DNA of 64,000 bases from Rhizomicrobium sp. (GTDB lineage: Bacteria > Pseudomonadota > Alphaproteobacteria > Micropepsales > Micropepsaceae): assembly GCA_036272695.1 (NCBI GenBank), contig DATAYG010000079.1:11214-75213 (forward strand). Direction: 5' to 3'. The translations under genes and the position numbers were made by a program. Shown here one piece after another: positions 59,832 to 64,000 of the stretch. The notes beneath the pieces are model-generated. The model did not search any database. It was not told where the DNA came from and worked only from the letters and a program-made list of their open reading frames with translations. The stretch's first letter is position 1. Each line of letters starts with the position of its first letter.

Positions 59832-61035
59832 CTAATTTTTCTCCAACCTGAATAAAGTCCCGTGACCGTAGGCACCGCCCTCCTCTGTTGTTCCGTATAG
59901 CGTGCCACCGACATTGATCAGGCCAGCGATGGGCATGCTGCCGATGCAAAAATCGATTGTCCCGCTGGCCGTGAAGTACCCTGCTGTAGAGGCGCTAATC
60001 GACAGCTCCGCAGTGCCATTTTGCAGCAGTGAGTATGCTCCGGCCCCTAACCGTAGCTGTGATGTAGGTGGTGAAATTCGAAGCCGTCAAATCATACGGA
60101 ACCAACCCAGTAGCGCGGGGTACACTGCCCCCTGTAAGATCGGCCTCCTGACCACCGAAGAGCGAAGTGTAGGTCGTAAATCCGGACGGAATATTGACCG
60201 GCACGCCATTGGACCCGCCGATCATGCAGTATGAGGGGTTGCTCGCGAGAAAATGCGCGCCGATCCAGGTCAAGTCCACGCTGTGGGACGGGCTGTTCGG
60301 CACAACAATCGCGTAATTCAACTTGTCATCGACGCTGACAGAATCGCTGTGCGAGGTATCCTCGAAATAACCGGTTGTCTCAATGGAAGAGGTCGATATT
60401 GCCATTGATCCGTTGGCGGAGCCAATTCGATTGTGGATTGTAACGGAACTGCTGCTGAACGTGTTGCTGTCGATATAGCAGGCCATGTTCTGCCACACAC
60501 CTGCAGTCAGACACTGGAACTGCTGGTCGGTTTCGGTCGAATCCGGTTCCAGAACTCCCAAAAAGTTGAAATACGATGGCGAGGCACTTCCGCTGATCGA
60601 AGCTGTCCCGACCGCAGCCAGCAGCTGCGCGCTGTCCGTCGTGGCATCAAACCGGGCGGAGATGCAATAAAAGGCTGTGTCGTAGTCCCCGGACGCTTCC
60701 ACAGCGAAATCCAGCACATCCCCGCTCGACACGTCGACAATGTCGGTGCTGCTGCTGGTCACCCAGCCGCTGGTATCATTGATGGTTATAGCCAGGTCCG
60801 AATTCGCCGAATTCTGCCTCAAAACAAGTGTCAGCTCACTCTCGACCGCCGTTTCGAATCGCCACGAAAGAAGCGAGACCGTTCCCGGCACGCGAATGAT
60901 CTGGCTGACTTGGGACTCTGTCGTAAAGGCCACCCCCATGGGGCATCGACCCAGGCCGACATTCGCATAGTAGGTCCCGTCGTACATCCCGCCCAAGCCA
61001 TGTCCGCTCGTTCCCAGAAGAGTGGGATTGGTCAT
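59832..61035 (-). pseudogene. Ser/Thr-rich three-repeat beta protein (phage-structural-like), frameshifted and fused to a GloVer tail
   Basis: ATG 61035; repeats TESQVSQ...LRQNSANSDLAITI / TETDQQF...NRIGSANGSMAIS...GYFED. After a shift near 60040 it continues AYSLLQNGTAELSISASTAGYF...GLINVGGTLYGTTEEGGAYGHGTLFRLEKN* (stop 59832). Confidence 0.55.
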
Positions 61036-61528
61036 CGGGCGCCCTCCGAAGCCGGTTTGAGCAACACGACGGCATCGCCGAATTTGGCGAGTTTCGCAGC
61101 CAGGTCGCAATGCGTTGCTTCGTCGATGCCGGGGACCGTGAATTCGTACCGGCCGCCTCCCAGATGGCTGAATTGTGGCTTGTGTTTGGCCTTGGCCGTC
61201 AGCCTCGGCTGGCCCGCTTCGTCCAGGACCGGATCGCCGTCACTGTCGAGCACGGCCTTCTTCATGCCGTCGGGAAGGGAGCGGACGATCAGCCTGTAAG
61301 CGCGGTTCTTTACGACATGCTCGGCAAGCAGTTTCCGGTAGTGCTCCTGCACCGAGTCAGCCCCGTGCGTATCGCGGTGAACGAACGTGCCGTCGGGGTA
61401 ACGCAGCGACACGCAGCGGTGCTCGCGCCCGTATCGCGGCGCGTCTCCCTGTCGTATTCCCACTCAACCTCGACAATGTGACCGGGATGCGTGTCCGGCC
61501 GCCAAATCTGGAGCTTCAGCATCGGCAT
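61032..61528 (-). pseudogene. Hypothetical (phage-like) protein with a frameshift
   Basis: MPMLKLQIWRPDTHPGHIVEVEWEYDRET in one frame joins GREHRCVSLRYPDG...VLLKPASEGAR in another near 61430; its stop overlaps the next ATG. Confidence 0.5.
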
Positions 61529-61841
61529 TGTTCGATTCCTCATGGGGAGAGCAGGAATTGGGCGCCGCCGGGAGCATATCTCGCCTGGCGGAATTGTGCC
61601 ACTCCAGTGCGGATGTGCCCGCCACGGGACGCAGTCCTGTCGAAGCTAGGATCGAACACGGATCCGGCGCGATCCCTGTAAGCTGCGCCAGGATCGCGGG
61701 ATTTAACTATCCCGCCGTGTGAGCGTCTGTTAAGCGTCCCAGGCTGGCGCGGTTGGGGCCGAGATTTCGGCGCATGACCAGGACAGGGGCAGATCGCCGG
61801 GCATCCATTGGCGGAAGATCCGCACACACAGAGGTAATGAC

Positions 61842-62804
61842 ATGACTGAGACTGCAGCCGGGCGGGCACGACCGAACCCGGGACATGGAACGACACTCGC
61901 GCGCCGTATGGCATGGGCGCTGATGCTGGGCGGGGCTTGCGCGTTCGCCGGCGCGGCTACCGCACAGACAGCACCGTCAAAGACCGGCTATGTCGGCATT
62001 CTCGGAGGCGGGCCGGTTTACAAGCACATCCCGAAAAACATCGATGAACTCAAGAAATCGGGATTCAATGAACTGATCGTGTGGAGCGTCGAGGTCAACG
62101 GTTCGGGCGATCTGAACCTGAACGGCGAATTTCCGCTGACATCGGCGGGCTCCTATATCGGGAACAACACGTACCCCGATTTTCCCACCGATCTGAAGAA
62201 GATCAAACGCGGCACGGTCACGCGCATCACGCTCAGCATCGGGTCGTCCAACTATGGTGACTGGGAGGACATCAAGGCGCTGATCGATGCGCAGGGGACC
62301 GGACCAGACAGCATTCTCTACAAGGATTTCGCCGCACTGAAGCAGGCGTTGCCAATCGACGCGATCGATTTCGACGACGAGAACAGCTATGATTCGACGA
62401 CCACGGTCGAATTCGCGGTGATGCTCGGGAACCTTGGCTACAAGGTCACCATGAACCCCTATACAAATAACAGCTACTGGACGTCGGTGGTGTCGCAAAT
62501 CAACGACCAGCTCCCCAAGACGGTGGACGGCATTCACCTGCAGACCTTTGCCGGCGGCGAAGGCAACAATCCGTGCTCGGGCTGGGATTTCGGCAGCGTG
62601 CCGGTTTACCCCGGCATATCGGACCAGACCGCAGCGCCGCCCTATACGTCGCCGGCGGAGGCGAAGGTGAAGTTCAAGAACTGGCACTCGGAATGCGGCA
62701 TCTCGGGCGGCTGGGTGTGGATCTTTGACCAGATCGCGGGCACCAAACAGGTTCGGCAATACGCCCACGCAATCACCAAAGGCGTCGGCGGAAAGATACA
62801 ATAA
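61842..62804 (+). CDS. Secreted GH18-like glycoside hydrolase
   Basis: Signal peptide (MAWALMLGGACAFAGAATA); LSIGS; IDAIDFDDE matches the GH18 DxxDxDxE motif; GGWVW C-terminal strand. Start may be downstream. Confidence 0.7.
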   Translation: MTETAAGRARPNPGHGTTLARRMAWALMLGGACAFAGAATAQTAPSKTGYVGILGGGPVYKHIPKNIDELKKSGFNELIVWSVEVNGSGDLNLNGEFPLTSAGSYIGNNTYPDFPTDLKKIKRGTVTRITLSIGSSNYGDWEDIKALIDAQGTGPDSILYKDFAALKQALPIDAIDFDDENSYDSTTTVEFAVMLGNLGYKVTMNPYTNNSYWTSVVSQINDQLPKTVDGIHLQTFAGGEGNNPCSGWDFGSVPVYPGISDQTAAPPYTSPAEAKVKFKNWHSECGISGGWVWIFDQIAGTKQVRQYAHAITKGVGGKIQ

Positions 62805-63087
62805 CAGCGATGCGGCCCGGCAGGTCTCGAACGGCGCCGGGCCGCTCACCTTCCGGAGTTCCGGGGCATGGCTCTATCATCGCGTACCGGTTATCATCCC
62901 GGCAGGGGCCCCTCGGCGGCCCCGGATGACACCAAAATACTCCGCCGGGTAGATTTGGGCCGGGAATAACCCCAGGCCCAATACCGTCCAATGGGGACTC
63001 GGCCGATGGCGGTCGGACGGATCCCGGGGCGAAGGCCCGTTACATCGCCCAAAATCCGACTTCGCTGTTCGGGCCGGAGGAAACGCT

Positions 63088-63351
63088 ATGAAAATAAGCC
63101 GCCGCCATGCATTCGGTCTCGGCGCGACCGCTGCAATCGGCTCCGCCATGTTCGGAGCGGCCCTTGCGGGCCCGGAGCGCGTTGCCGCAGCGCAGGTCAC
63201 ACAGGAGGCCGCGGGCTATCAGACCCAGCCGAACAATGATCAGCGTTGCGCGTTCTGCGCACATTTTCAGGCGCCTGCGGCATGCGAGGTCGTGCAGGGC
63301 ACGATTGTGCCGAACGGCTGGTGCAAGCTGTTCCGCGCCAAGGCCTCCTGA
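63088..63351 (+). CDS. High-potential iron-sulfur protein (HiPIP), Tat-exported
   Basis: SRRHAF Tat signal; AGYQ...RCAFCAHF...C.VVQG.I.PNGWCKLF with four Cys. Confidence 0.9.
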   Translation: MKISRRHAFGLGATAAIGSAMFGAALAGPERVAAAQVTQEAAGYQTQPNNDQRCAFCAHFQAPAACEVVQGTIVPNGWCKLFRAKAS

Positions 63352-63353
63352 TT

Positions 63354-64000
63354 TCAGGTACCGCGATTACCGGCATTCGTCGGGGCCAGGGGACCGGCCG
63401 CCGTCACGACAGGCGCAGTGCCTGCCGTGCCGCCGAAGCGCCGGCGTATCGCGTCATAGGGGCGGAAATACATACCAAGCGCGGCCGCGAGCCCGCCGCC
63501 GAAAAAGAACACGAAAACCCCTACGATAAGAGGATTGGGCCACGCCGGTCGGGAGGGTGTTACAGGCGGATCGTTGACGTCCGCCGAAAATGGCAGGTTC
63601 ACCGAAGCGGCCATCAGGAAGTTTTCCTGCTGCAGGCGCAGCCGGAGCATCGCCTGTCTCTGGTCGACATCGGTAATGGACGGCAGCTTTTGATCGAGAT
63701 AGCGGACATAGGCCATTGCCCGTGCAAGTTTCTGCTGCTTCAGGTAATTGTCGGAAATCGTCAGCACGCGCGAGAGGAAATAACGCGCGAACTCCGCATC
63801 CCTGTTCGAATAGCTGACGGAATAAAGTTCGGAGATGCCGATCTCCTTCGGGACAATATTGTGGCTGAGATAACGCTGCATATCGGCAGCCGTGGGGGGA
63901 CGCCAGGAATCGAGCCCCAGCGCGGCCTTTGCAACCCGCTTGACCTGAGTGATAAATCCCGGCGGCGGATGAAACGTCCTGGTGCTCGGATCCCAGCTTG
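63354..64000 (-). CDS. Wzz/FepE-type polysaccharide chain-length determinant, C-terminal part (runs off right edge)
   Basis: Frame open to the window edge; ELYSVSY, coiled coil, VNDPPVTPSRPAWPNPLIVG Pro-rich motif followed by a TM helix. Confidence 0.75.
   Translation of the reverse strand, partial: SWDPSTRTFHPPPGFITQVKRVAKAALGLDSWRPPTAADMQRYLSHNIVPKEIGISELYSVSYSNRDAEFARYFLSRVLTISDNYLKQQKLARAMAYVRYLDQKLPSITDVDQRQAMLRLRLQQENFLMAASVNLPFSADVNDPPVTPSRPAWPNPLIVGVFVFFFGGGLAAALGMYFRPYDAIRRRFGGTAGTAPVVTAAGPLAPTNAGNRGT

Noticed and set aside
61696-61715. GCGGGAT-N6-ATCCCGC palindrome upstream of the GH18 gene
   Set aside because: Single GC-rich 7-bp IR with no second copy or adjacent regulator; could be an operator but is unsupported.

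Overview
GC-rich alphaproteobacterial chromosome segment. The expanded GLUG-type and GloVer-repeat secreted proteins suggest a Rhizomicrobium/Micropepsales-like lineage, but this is inference only. The backbone is housekeeping: holC-pepA / lptFGD-surA-pdxA-rsmA; gmk-yicC-mltG-fabF-acpP-fabG-fabD; rpsF-rpsR-rplI-panB; yfgM-bamB-der; gabD, zwf, ligA-recN; a compact his operon; citE-like/maoC, an S9 peptidase, GH18, HiPIP and a partial wzz-like gene. Accessory patches: (i) 12.5-19.5 kb, with two divergent paralogous GLUG-type surface proteins around an IR-flanked RAYT (Y1 HUH) gene, a BrnT/HTH TA pair with a frameshifted toxin, and a radical SAM enzyme downstream of a Tat-lipoprotein; (ii) 27.9-32.4 kb, with a candidate sRNA, an OmpA lipoprotein and a complete 3019-bp IS1-family cargo element (20-bp TIRs, 8-bp TSD) inserted tail-to-tail against the end of a decayed relative; (iii) a vapBC pair with a frameshifted toxin; (iv) an MBL pseudogene; (v) a decayed GloVer/phage-like island at 59-61.5 kb. 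Highlights: the IS1-like element with a swappable cargo slot coupled to the transposase stop codon; a HisC-HisB(IGPD) fusion in a his operon whose predicted leaderless promoter carries a trp-operator-like palindrome facing a divergent TrpR-like repressor; a perfect parS site; and nested 9-bp-periodic palindromic elements. No rRNA, tRNA or CRISPR array was seen.
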